A program made the translations under genes and the position numbers. A stretch of 64,000 nt of DNA, from the NCBI RefSeq assembly GCF_009914755.1, contig NC_060926.1. One strand, given 5' to 3'. This DNA is from the human T2T-CHM13v2.0 reference genome, Homo sapiens. The notes under the pieces were generated by a model. The model made no database searches and was not told the origin of the DNA. It saw nothing but the letters and a program-made list of their open reading frames with translations. Positions 1 through 11,541 of the stretch are shown here, piece after piece. Each line of letters begins with the position of its first letter. The stretch's first letter is position 1.

Positions 1-416
1 AGAAAGGGCTTGTCTAAGGCACCCAGCAAGTCAACAGCAAAGCCCAGACTAGAACTCTGGTTGTCTAAATCCCAATCAAGCATTCTCCTTCTTTTCATAT
101 GTTCCTGAAATCTCAATAATGGAAAACTTTAATTTTATATGACTATAAATACACATATTAGTAGTCAGCAACGGAACAGATATGAAAACCCCAGGAAAGC
201 ACTGAACATATGGAAACTAAATCTGGGTCACAATATTCCTTGGGGACCCATCATTTCTTGGTCTCAAACATAATAACTTAAATGGGAAGGTAAATTTCAA
301 TGGCAAGGGTACAATACACACTGTAATTGATCTAGAAGATGTATTTAGAAGTTGTTAATAATGCATGTAAGATGCTGAATATTATTTTTCTCATTATACA
401 TATTTAAGAACATATC

Positions 417-468
417 TTTTTTTTTATACTTTAAGTTTTAGGGTACATGTGCACAACATGCAGGTTAG
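417..468 (-). mobile_element. Ultra-short 5'-truncated L1PA (about PA3/PA4) 3' end with TSD
   Basis: Poly-T followed by atactttaagttttagggtacatgtgcacaacatgcaggttag, the reverse complement of the L1PA 3' terminus. Flanked by gaacatatc at 408-416 and 472-480. Confidence 0.85.
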
Positions 469-1072
469 CTGGAACATATCGTTTTTAATAGCACAATATA
501 TTACACTGTTATCAGCTCATATAAATGACACTACTCACCAGTTACATGAAGCCCAAAGGAAGACATATTTTCTGTGTCTGAAATGACCATAAAAGCAACA
601 TTCTAAAATGAAAAAATAAAGTCCATTCTGAAAGACTCAAGAATTAGTCTTAATTCAAGGTGAATCTATCATCTCTTGTCACAAGAACCTGTACATAGTC
701 CATTTATGTTACACAAAGTTAATTTTTCCATGTGACTTCCAGGGTTAGTTTCCTGCCTTGCCTTTTTAGTAGAGTTTTACTAGCAATAATCAAATTGGAA
801 ATGTCTATCCTTTATTCTTTTCAGGTAAAGGAAGCCTTTGAACAGTTTTAGATACCATTCAGCTGCAGGTTTAAAAAAGAAACAAAAAAGAAGAATTAGC
901 AGCTATAGTAGTGTTAATTAGCTTAATTATAAAACTTTGATTGAATGGTGTTTGGTCAATAAATTTGGAGCAAATACTACTCTGTCCTGGAAGAAACCAC
1001 CCCCAATACTATTTAGGTAGGCTCTTCAGACAAGGATGTTCACTGCTTCGAATCTAGTGATCAGAAAATAGT

Positions 1073-1463
1073 TGTCTTAGTTCGCTTTGTGGCTGCTAAA
1101 ACAGAATGCCACAGAGTGAATCATTTATAAAGAAAAGAAATTTATTTCTCTCAGTTCTGGAGGCTAGAAAGCCCAAGAGCTTGGTGCTGGTATCTAGTGA
1201 GGGCCTTCTTGCTGTGTTATCCCATGGTGGAAGGGCAACTGAGCACAAGAGACAGAGAGAACACCATGGGAGTCCCTTTAATAATGACTCACTGTCATGA
1301 AAACTAACCAACTCCCATAATATCAATATTAATACATTCATGAAAGCTTCACCTTCATGATCCAATCACCTCTTATTAAGTAAGCCCTACCTCCCAATAC
1401 TGCCACATTGGAGATTAAGTTTCTAGTACATGAAAATTTGAGAAACACATTCAAACCATAGCA
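1073..1463 (-). mobile_element. MaLR solo LTR (MST-type, MSTC/MSTD-like)
   Basis: Runs TG...CA (tgtcttagttc ... cattcaaaccatagca) and contains typical MST blocks (atttatttctctcagttctggaggct, gagggccttcttgctg). 5-bp TSD atagt/atggt. Confidence 0.85.
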
Positions 1464-1559
1464 ATGGTTGTACATAAATTTATATATAGAAAAACTTTTC
1501 CTGAAAAATAAGTCCCTCATTGTCAATCAGTTGAGGGAAATACAGAGGAGAGCAAAGAG

Positions 1560-1700
1560 CCAAACTCAGAAGTCAAACCCTTGGCTTGAAATTCTCAAAC
1601 CACCATTTACCAGCTGAATGACCTGAGACAAATTACAAATCTTTCCTGAACCTCAGTTTTTATATTCATGAATGAGAGGCAATAGGACTGTATTCTACCA
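1560..1700 (+). mobile_element. MIR fragment
   Basis: MIR core: ccatttaccagctgaatgacctgagacaaattac...cctcagttt. Confidence 0.65.
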
Positions 1701-2786
1701 CTTTTGGAAAGACTAGAACCAATATATTCCCTGTTCCCCATTGTTTGACATATAGTATCCACTGACACATCTCAGCTCAATTCTGAGGAGAAAAACAACT
1801 ACCCTATGAGCAAATGGAGTTTTTGGAGTTTTCAGTAAGGCTGTTTATAACACCTCATGTCCTTTGGTATCATGCTCCCCCAAAAAGGTTTATTTTTTTA
1901 AATCTAGAAATTAGGATCGTGTTTATAAGAGAAACTCTAAATTATTTCTTTGATTCTTTATTTTTAAGAACCTTCATTTCACTTTTTTTAATTCCTCTTC
2001 CCAGATGAAAAATTTCTGGTAGTCCTGAGGACCAAAATAACTTGTCATGTCCAGGATATCTGAAAATGTGAAAGGTCAATCATCGCCTGCCCACAGATTA
2101 TGATATACAAAACCAAGGGAGTGATCTGAAAAGAAATGCCATGTAAAGAAGTCAAGTTTAAGTAACTAAGCAGACTATCCACACAGCTTGTCAATCTGAG
2201 TATGTTAGATATCAAGCTTATGAAAAGTGGAGAGACCAGACTGGATATATAAGTGTTTGAACTGAGGGCTAAATAGGAGGCAGAAGCTGAGAAGAGAAGC
2301 TTCAGGACTTTATTTCAGATACCTACAAATTGAGTGGCCAGGGAGCAGCATGCCAATACTGACATAAAATAGGCCAAATAATTTGCTGTAGGATTCTTTC
2401 AATATTTAGTTTCTCAAATGGAATTAAAGTATTTTTTTAATTGTTCCAAGTTCAAACAATGGAAGAATATGTATTAACACCTGTTAGAAATATGTACATC
2501 TTTTCTTCCTTGTCTTGATGCATGCTCAGCTATGAACAAATCATTCAGCAACATGGCATATCACTTGGAAACAGGGCATCTTCACTTGGTTCAAGTCTAT
2601 TTTATAGTTCTAATCGAAAGATTGCTTAACTCCAGCAAATTGCTCAATCAACATAGGGACATCCATAGTCTGAGCACATCAGGTTGACTAAGAAGCAGGG
2701 TTCTAAACTTCAAGATGGGATGGAATATGGCATCTCATTCTGTAAGTTTAGGGAGGGAAGAGTTGACTTGACTTCACTACAGTTAC

Positions 2787-3194
2787 TGCTAGAGTTTGAT
2801 TGATCTGACCCCTCCAAATCTTGTGTTGAAATTCGATCTCCATTGTGGGAGGTAGAGCTTAATGGGAGAATTTGGGACATGGGGCCAGATCCCTCATTAA
2901 TAGATTAATCTCTTCCTTGAGACTGGGGTTAGGTGAGTTCTCACTCTATTAGTTCCCAAGATAATAGTTGTTAAAAAGAGCCAGACACCTCCCCTTTCTC
3001 TCTTGCCATGTGATCCCTGTATATGCCAGCTCCCCTTTACCTTCTGCCATGAGTGGAAGTAGCAAGGTCTTAGGCTACTTCCCAATCTTGAACTTTTCCA
3101 TACATCAGAATCATGAGCCAAATAAGCTTCCTTTTAAAAAAATTTTTACCCAGCCTCAAGTATTCCCTTATAGCAACACGAATGAACTAAGACA
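2787..3194 (+). mobile_element. MaLR solo LTR (MST-type)
   Basis: tgctagagtttga...ccctccaaatcttgtgttgaaatt...cccagcctcaagtattcccttatagcaacacgaatgaactaagaca, with TG...CA ends. Confidence 0.85.
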
Positions 3195-4424
3195 GCCACC
3201 TAGGACTCTTGTCTTGCCTGTGACAAGACAGACTGTCAACACTGAAGGGATACCACTAAGAATGAATCTGGCAGAAATCTACCAAGCTCCCCTCATTCCC
3301 ATTCTCTGCAAGACAAAGTTCAAAATTCTCAACCTGGGCATTCTAGCTCCTTCACAATCTGGCCTAGGCTTCCTTTTTAGCACCACTTTCCTCCACTTAC
3401 TTTTCTTTTTGCTTCTGCTTTTAACTAGTCACTATTTTCCACATGGGTAGATGTTCCTGCACTTCAATGCTTTTACTCATAATGCTGCCTCTGTGTGGCG
3501 TTTCATCCCAGAATCTTTACCCATTTAAAATTCATTTCAAATGTCCACATAGTCATATATTCATTCAGTAAATGAGTATTTATTGTCTAGTGATTGCCAC
3601 TCTATTGTTCTGGGCACTGGTGACACAGATATCAATCAGAAACAAGAAAAATAAATCCATACACATGAGTAGCTGTCGAAAGTAGATGATGTTTCCCTGA
3701 AGGAAGTGTTTTCTCTTACCCTGATTCCCAGGAAGAAGTCATTGCTCGCTTTTCTGAAGAAGAACCACACACATTGATTTTGCTGCACTCCCAAAATGCT
3801 TTTTACTCCAAACTTCAAATTAGAGCTATTTAGCCCATCCTAGAATTTCAGAGTAAAAAATCTTCAGCATCATCCTACTGCCTATAAAGAAAAGTCAACT
3901 GGCCCATTCTCAGCAGAGCATATCACCCTACAAAGAAGGGTTAACCCTTGAATATGGATTCTATTTACCTAGGCACCTTATTTTAATTATAGATAACTTC
4001 CTAAAAATCCAAAAGTGAAATCTATACTAGTATTATACGTATCTAATTTATTTTATTCCCCTTTGGAAACCTCTTAAAGGTATTTCAAAATACCACCTCC
4101 CCGCCCCTCTTCACTGTCTCTTCCTGTGTTTCTGCCCTGCCTCATCCAAAGGGAAGTGTCACTAACCGTTTTTGATTTTTAAGGAAGTGATGGTTACTGC
4201 CACTAATGTTCTTCCAGGTGGGTGATTTTCCAGTCCTCTCAATTTTTCCTCCAAAAGAGAAGATACGGTGGCCACAAGAATGCATCTTACAGGCCTCCAG
4301 CTATAGGGAGAGTTATTGACCCAGAGACTCAGTCACTGAGCCTTGAAATGCAACACAGTGTTTTCATTGAGACCAAAACTCCTCAGGGCTGCTATGCACC
4401 AATTTTGGACTGCACCAGGGCTAT

Positions 4425-4580
4425 AAAATTAAGGAGGTGCAAAAAAACTCAATAATTAGTATAGATGGTATTTAATCAAAATTAATGCAAAAAAAATCTA
4501 TAATGAAAAAATATTAAATTTAAAATAAATGTTGGTATTACTAATTTTCCTTTTGTTTAAGCTAACACTTGGCTCTGCAA
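4425..4580 (+). mobile_element. hAT-type DNA transposon fragment (MER96B-like)
   Basis: aaaattaaggaggtgcaaaaaaactcaataat...atcaaaattaatgcaaaaaaaatc...ttttccttttg resembles the recalled MER96B internal sequence. Confidence 0.45.
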
Positions 4581-4589
4581 GGATGCAGA

Positions 4590-4884
4590 GTGCAGCAGGG
4601 CTGCTATGGCAAACAGTTCCTGGGAGACACAGGACACTGTGTCAGCTGACTTTGGCCCAAGGACTGTCAGCTTTGCTGAAACTCCCTTAGATAGCATAGC
4701 ATTCTTGTACATTTCCACCCCACCTTCTCTTCTCTATTTCATTCCAAGTCAGACTTGCATAGGGATCTATTATCTTGGCCTTCCCTGGCTCTACCCATTT
4801 CTGCACAGGCATTTCTCCTAATAAAATGCTTTCACATTTAATCCTCTCTTTGTGTCTCCTTCTTAAAAAACCCAGACTAACACA
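4590..4884 (+). mobile_element. ERVL LTR fragment (LTR16-like)
   Basis: gactttggcccaaggact...cacaggcatttctcctaataaaatgctttcacatttaatcc...cccagactaacaca, with a polyA signal and LTR16-type 3' end. Confidence 0.6.
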
Positions 4885-7800
4885 AAAATAGAAAAAGTAT
4901 TTCTTACCTTAAGGGTAGGATTGAAATTAACATTTACTACCCAAGCAGGGCCTGGCAACCTGCCTGCCTGAAGGGGCCAATATTCTCTGTCTTTACTTAT
5001 CCACATAGAGGGAGACTTTTCTGAGTCAGGGTCCAAGCTCTGAGATAAACATGTGCATGTGTGTGTGTTGGGGGTGGGGGGTGGGTGGTGCATAGACATA
5101 CAAAACACACATGTATGTATGTATGTATATATGTATAGTACATACAAGTTTCAAATGGTAATGTCTTCTTGGAAATTTAAGCCTTTTTTAAAGCAGAGTT
5201 TTGGTGTTTTGTTTTCTGATGAATGGACTGCATTTCTCAGCTAGGACTATATACCACAAATATCTAGATTAATCACTAGTTTATCACTAGCATAAAGATT
5301 TTACTTTTAAAATTCTAGTGCTACAAAGAAGAGACTAGGTGAGCAACATCAAACAGATTCTTTTGCATCATATTTTAAACCACTTCCAATGCTAAGAAGT
5401 GTATCTTGGGACCCCTTGGATATATATGGTTTGTCCACGACCTCTTAGAAGCTGCTGGCCACTATTTGGTGTCAAGGTTGGCCCTGGACATAACTGCTCG
5501 TCGTTGATACAGACTTCAGTGGCCTTGACTGTGTGTTGAGCCACTGAGGTAAAGGGAATTTTATCAATAAATGCTTCTAAAGGAATGAGGCTGAGGCAGA
5601 GATTTTTAGTTGCCTACCTATATTCAGTTCCTATTTCCAGCCTTCCAAGCAGAATCCCTCTCCAGCTCTTCACTCTTCCCACTAGCCTCATGTGCCCTAG
5701 GAGAAGGAAAGCCCATTCTCAAGTCCAGGAGTGGTTTTGCCAAAATGTTCAGAAATAGATGTAAGACTCAATACAGGGCAATTTTATCTAAAGAAAAGTT
5801 TAAAGTTCTAGAACTTTCCAGAAAAGTTCTTCCTTCTTCTTCTGGAAAAATGTCTGGAAGTGACTCTATTCTTTCTCTAGACATTGCCAAACATGGATAT
5901 GAGAGCCCAACCTGAAAACAGACTGAGACAGAAACCAATCCGAAGAGAAAGGTAGTGTCAAGAGAGGCAGAATGGAGCCGGAGCCACACCTTATGCAAAT
6001 TTCGAAGCCTATCTTTCCTCTATACTTCCAGATATGTGAGCCAATAAATGTATTCAATGCAAATTAAGTGGAGTTTTGCGTTGCTTTCACTCAAGAGCTT
6101 TCCAAATATTATAGAGAACCTTATCATATAAAAGAATAAAACACTTTCTTGAACTAAGACAGAGAGAAATTCAACGGAAGTAAACATTGGAATTTTTCAG
6201 TCTCTAAAAACAAGATTTAATCAGATTCAAAGAAGAATGATATTGATTCATAAAGGAGGGGAAAAGGTTTTCTGTCTCTGCTTCAGAACAATTTTTGTGG
6301 GAGAGTAAATGAAAAATGAAGAGTGACATTTTGATTGAGCTGGAGGGAGAGAGCAGTTTCCTTTTGAGAAAGGTTGTAAGCTTTCAGGCCAGGCTCAACA
6401 GAAATGAAAAGGGAGAAGAGATAGTCTTCGGACGGCACTTCTTTTAAAAATAGAAAAGGAGGCATTGCGGCCATTACTCTAGCAGCATGGGAGACTCAGA
6501 TCCAAAGAGACCTAGCAAATAAAAGACTTCTTATGGTTGAAATGGTAAAAATATCATACCTCTATCCTCTTCTGAGTTCGAAGCCAACTGAGAAAATGAA
6601 ACAGAAATTAGTTATAAATACAAAAATATTAGTGTTATTGCTAAATTATCTGGATTGGACAATACAGCTTTGAGCTTGGCCACACATTCTTTTTATTATA
6701 TTCCTGCTCCACACGCTAAGTAATTGAACTTACATACTCAAGCACAGGAAGTGCATCTGGATAAATTAACGTGTCCTGCTGTCCCCTTCCCTCTCTTGCA
6801 GGGACAGAACCTGCCTCTTGCAAGGTTTGTTACAAGGAAGAACAGAACAAAAACTAACACTCATTACTGTCAAGACAGCTCCTCAAGAGATAATGAGACT
6901 TAGGTATTGGAAAGAGTGTTACTATTAATCACCTTAACCTTGCCTACATGAGAAGGGGGAACCAAAGGATGTCAGACTCCCAACATCCCATCAATGAGCT
7001 CAATCATTTTTCCCCAATGTAGGAAGGCCTAGAGGAATGGCCAGGGAGCCTATAACTGCTATTCTAACCATGCCTCTGAGGTCAACATTTCCTCATGGAC
7101 AACAAAGGACAGGATGATACTGTCCCCCTAACAGGAGACAAGAACTCAAGGAGCCCACATCCAGTGTACTATTAAGAGATGCTTCTTAAAGCTGTAAAAG
7201 AGTGCACATGGTAAAGTCCATTAGGAAATCAGCCCTTGAATATCAAGATAGCCATGTCAGGTAGATGTAGATAGAGTGAGCCAAACTCAACCAAGAAGAC
7301 TGGGAAGCTCAGTGTAGAAAATGTCAAACACCACTAGGTATATTTCAAGATGACAAGACTTAATGCCCCCCTACTCTCCATCTCTTCCTTTTGAGGTAAA
7401 ATTACAATCACTTACAGGCTTTCAACTAGTATTTCCAGGGCATTTCTACTGTTTCAATTATTTCATTAGAAAAGACTAGATTTTCTTAAATATCTGTTGA
7501 GTTTTGTCCTATGTTATATTTTTGACTGAAGCAAGGATAGGAGTTGGGTGGAGACTTCTGACTAAGGAAGGTGAGAGTAATTGAGATTTGTATGAAGGGT
7601 AGAACTTTCATAGACCCAGAACTCATTAACTTCACATATCTCAGAGTAGAAGCATCCTCATGTAGAATCTAGAGGAATATGATAGGAAACAAGATATTGG
7701 GTCCATAAAGGAAGGCTAATTCTATATGTGGCAGAGAAAGAATGTGGCCAGTTTATGAAACAGGCTCACATTTCTGGAGCTCGGCAAGACCTGCTTGAAA

Positions 7801-8295
7801 GCAACAGGAGAAAAAGAAAAATGAAACCCAGCAGTGCAAGTGATGATGGGGAAGACTGTTTCTGCTGCTATTGAAGGAACAGATGATACTCAACGTGTGG
7901 ACAGTTCATAAGCTGAATAAAGACAAAGTGCAAAGGAGTAGGGGATACAGGGCCTCACTGGACCCTGAGGTCATACGTTTTATTGTCATCAGCAACCACG
8001 TGAGTCCAGGATCTGCTAAGTGTGCCTGCTCAGCCAAGACAAATGTGGGGACAAGGTGGGATCTACCTAGGGAAACTAAAGTCTTTTGGAGCGGGAAGCA
8101 GTAGCAGCAACCACTATGGCACAGGGTTACAAGTGGGTTATTTTCAAGGTAGCCTCTCCTCCCAATAATTAAGACTGGTCTCTATGAGATGACTTTCCCT
8201 GGACTCCTCTACCTCACTGAACCTGCAGTGATATATTCTAACTTTCTGAGCCATAACCAGCTGCAGACTGGCCCATTGTGTCAGCAGCAGCTTCA

Positions 8296-8517
8296 CAAAT
8301 ATTTATTGGGCACCTACTGTGTGCTAGGCCCTATGAAAGTGCTTTCATGTGATCTGATTTACTTCATCATCATCATTACTCCAAGACATGGTTATCTTGC
8401 AAAGGACGCAACTGAGACCTGGAGAGAATAATGATGCATTCAGGGTCACATTGCCTCAAATGGCAAACCTGGGCCTTGAACCCTGGTTTCTGGACTTCAA
8501 ATCCAGCACTCTTTCCC
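8296..8517 (-). mobile_element. MIR
   Basis: atttattgggcacctactgtgtgctagg...actgagacctggagag...agggtcaca...ccttgaaccctgg...cttcaaatccagcactctttcc. Confidence 0.7.
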
Positions 8518-8634
8518 TTCAGCACTTTGTTCTGTTCCCACACTCTTCCAGCAGTAGTCTCAAGTGCCCTTACCACACCCCAACAACTCACTTCAATTCA
8601 GAAACACAGTATGAAACTAGAATTATTTGCTTGG

Positions 8635-9017
8635 TGTATTAGTTTGCTAGGGCTGCCATAACAAAATACCACAGACTGGGTGGCTTAAAAAACAGAAATC
8701 TGCTTCCTCACAGTTCTGGTGCTGGAAGTCTGAGGTCAAGGTGCCAGGAAGGTAGGCTTCTCCTGATGCCTCTCTCCCTGGCCTTGGATGGACACCTTCT
8801 CTCAGTATCTCCATCCCTCTGTGCATATCTTTGTCCAAATCTCCTCTTCTTATAGAACACCAGTCAAATTAGATTAGAGCTTACCCTAATAACCCCTTTT
8901 TATCTTAGTCACCTCTTTAAAGAGCCTATCTCCTAACACAGTCACATGTCGAGGTACTGGGAGTTAGGTAAGTCTTCAACGCGTGAAATAAGGGAGACTA
9001 CAACTGAGACCACAACA
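8635..9017 (-). mobile_element. MaLR solo LTR (MLT1B-like)
   Basis: tgtattagtttgctagggctgccataacaaaataccacagactgggtggcttaa ... cacaaca. 5-bp TSD cttgg/cttag. Confidence 0.9.
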
Positions 9018-9654
9018 CTTAGGTAAAATATGATTTCAACTGTATGATGGTGTTTTCAGTTTGCAAAGCACTTTCCAACTCATTACTCCATCTGATCCTT
9101 CAAAACATCCCCATTGGATGAGGGGAAAACCAAGAATCGGAAAGAATGTTAGTTGTGCAGTATCGCAAAGCCAGCAAGAGGCCCATGTAGAATTCTTGCC
9201 CAGGTTTGTGGGTTTGCTTCTTACCCCAGTCTAGTGGGCACCCCATAGCTCCATATTGTCTCCACAGAATTATTTATATAAATTGGAACTTGACTAAGAC
9301 AATAGATGACATCATGCCCAATGCAGACATTCAGAATGAGAACATCCAACAGATGCCAGAGTTAACCTCAGAAGAGGTTATGGAGACAGACGAGAATGAC
9401 CATTTTGGTGTCCTCTATGCAACAAGCAACAGAGTTTTGCCCAGAGCCTGCAGAAGTTTTCTAAGGACCCTGTTGAGGGGCAGAGTTGGGAACCAGCAGG
9501 GTGATGTGAGGGCTGATGCCAGAGCCTTGTGGCACACCTCGTCAGAGTCTGCGCAGAATCTATTCTCTGTCCTCTCATTTTTCTAATGGCGCCATGATTT
9601 GTTCAGATTGCTGGAAAGATCTATTGACCTTCAGGAGAGTAGCCTGTACTCCAT

Positions 9655-10120
9655 CCCCAGTTGGGGATGGATCATGATTACTTGGTTATGACTGAGTTGG
9701 AGGTGGCCACGTGACAAATTCTGGCAGTGGGATGTCCCCAGACATTTACTGGATAGATGTTCTGGAAAAGTTTTGCTTTCCTGCTATGGGGCAGATTTGT
9801 CTGATGTGGGCCTTCTGCTTATTTGACCTTCCCTCTTCCTCCTGCCTGGAATGTAGACGTGATGCCACCAGGAGCAGTAGCCAGTGTATAATCACAAGGT
9901 GGCATGAGTGAGGAGAAAAGCCACCCATCTCAGGATGACAGAGAAGAAAGGTGAAGGAGCTGCATCTCTGAGGACTTCACTGGGCAACATCCTTCCCAGG
10001 CTATTCACCTTTGGGGATCATGCTATGCAAGAAACATGAATGTTTTTCTCCCACTGTGGTTTGATTTTTTGTTTGGCTTTTTCTATTGTTTTCTGGTGCT
10101 ATCTAAAAGGAAGCCCAAAC
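9655..10120 (+). mobile_element. Old MaLR LTR (MLT1J/K-like)
   Basis: gtggccacgtgacaaattctggc...ttctggaaaagttttgctttcct...cctgcctggaatgtagacgtgatg...aggatgacagagaagaaag. Confidence 0.55.
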
Positions 10121-10241
10121 TCTGATGGGTGATTCTGAGTGCTCACATCTCCATCTACAAAGCCAGGACTGAGGGAGAGAGCTGGCTCTGGGTCCTGGCC
10201 ATTCTGGCTCTGCTGATGCTTTCTTAATATAGGAACATTCT

Positions 10242-10536
10242 GGCCAGGTGCCGTGGCTCACACCTGTAATACCAGCACTTTGGGAGGATGAGGAGGGCAT
10301 AGCACGAGGTCAAGAGATTGAAACCATCCTGGCCAACAAGGTGAAACCCCGTCTTTACTAAAAATACAAAAATTAGCTGGGCATGGTGGCACGTGCCTGT
10401 AGTCCCAGCTACTTGGGAGGAGAATCCGTTGAACTGAGGAGGCAGAGGTTGCAGTGAGCCAAGACTGCACTACTGCACTCCAGCCTGGCGACTGAGCAAG
10501 ACTCTGTCAAAAAAAAAAAAAAAAAAAAAAAAAAAA
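10242..10536 (+). mobile_element. AluS (AluSc-like)
   Basis: Complete dimer with cacgaggtcaagagat and cctggcgac diagnostics. A28 tail at 10509-10536. TSD core acattct (10235-10241 / 10539-10545). Confidence 0.95.
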
Positions 10537-10809
10537 GGACATTCTAATGTGGATGCTGTTGGATGCTGTGTTTTGTATTGACTGACTCGGCAATGGTGAG
10601 GCTCCACCTTCCCAGCGTCAGCACAGGGCTCGCTGAACTGGTTTCAGACTGAAAGGTGGAGAGGTCAGCACTGACCAGGGGACTCATGGGAAGAACCAGA
10701 TAACCAAGAACTAAACACAAGGCATTACCCAATCATCTCAGCAAAGGTATGACAAAGGGCAGGGAGATCACAATTATTAAACACCTACTACAAGCTGTGT
10801 TCAGTATTT

Positions 10810-11070
10810 TCATGCATTCCACAAATATTAGTGAGTGCCAAGTGTGTGCCAAGCATTATTGTAGCCATGGAGGTCACAGGCAACACATACCACCTACAAA
10901 AATCCTTATCCTTGTGGAGCTTACATGCAGGTCAGAAGAGGTAAACCATAAACATCCAAACAAGTTTTATATTCAAATACATATATGCACACACACATAT
11001 ACACATGTATATATTAGATATTGATAATGTTTACAGGTTGGCAGAACACTATAAGGAAGGGAGATGAGGT
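10810..11070 (-). mobile_element. L2 3' fragment
   Basis: cattccacaaatattagtgagtgcc...tgtgccaagca...atccttatccttgtggagcttacat. Confidence 0.6.
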
Positions 11071-11510
11071 GTTGGGTGACACTTCCCCTGCTGTGTCCTC
11101 ATTGGCCTCAGCCCGCTCATCTGTGAAATGAAGGGCTTCCACCACGTTTCCTTCATCTCTGGAATTCTTTGAGACTATAACACACTTCATCTGCTTATGG
11201 ACTGGCTCATTCTTAAATGCTTTCTAAAGCATTTGAATGAACTCTCATGAAAGAATCATGTTCACTTTAGGCTTTAATTCAAACTCACTTTGTAAATCGC
11301 TTTTCTTCTTAGTGATTCCTGTTGATATCATTTTCTTCTTTCTAGGACTATTTACAGTTGTAGTTGTATATGTATGCAATTATTTAATCATATTTTATTA
11401 ATTAGTCAAGATCTGTCATCCTCATTAAGTGTCTATTTATGCTCCCTATTAAATTCCAATGCTTAATGCAGCACTTGGTGCTTACTGCTTGCTCAATAAA
11501 ATTATGGTTT

Positions 11511-11541
11511 AATGAATGAATGAATGAATGAATGAATGAAT
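11511..11541 (+). repeat. (AATG)~8 tetranucleotide STR at an L2 3' tail
   Basis: aatgaatgaatg... directly after the L2-like gctcaataaa. Confidence 0.9.

Noticed and set aside
2968-3450. 160-aa ORF
   Set aside because: It has a non-ATG start, overlaps an MST LTR and shows no recognisable domain.
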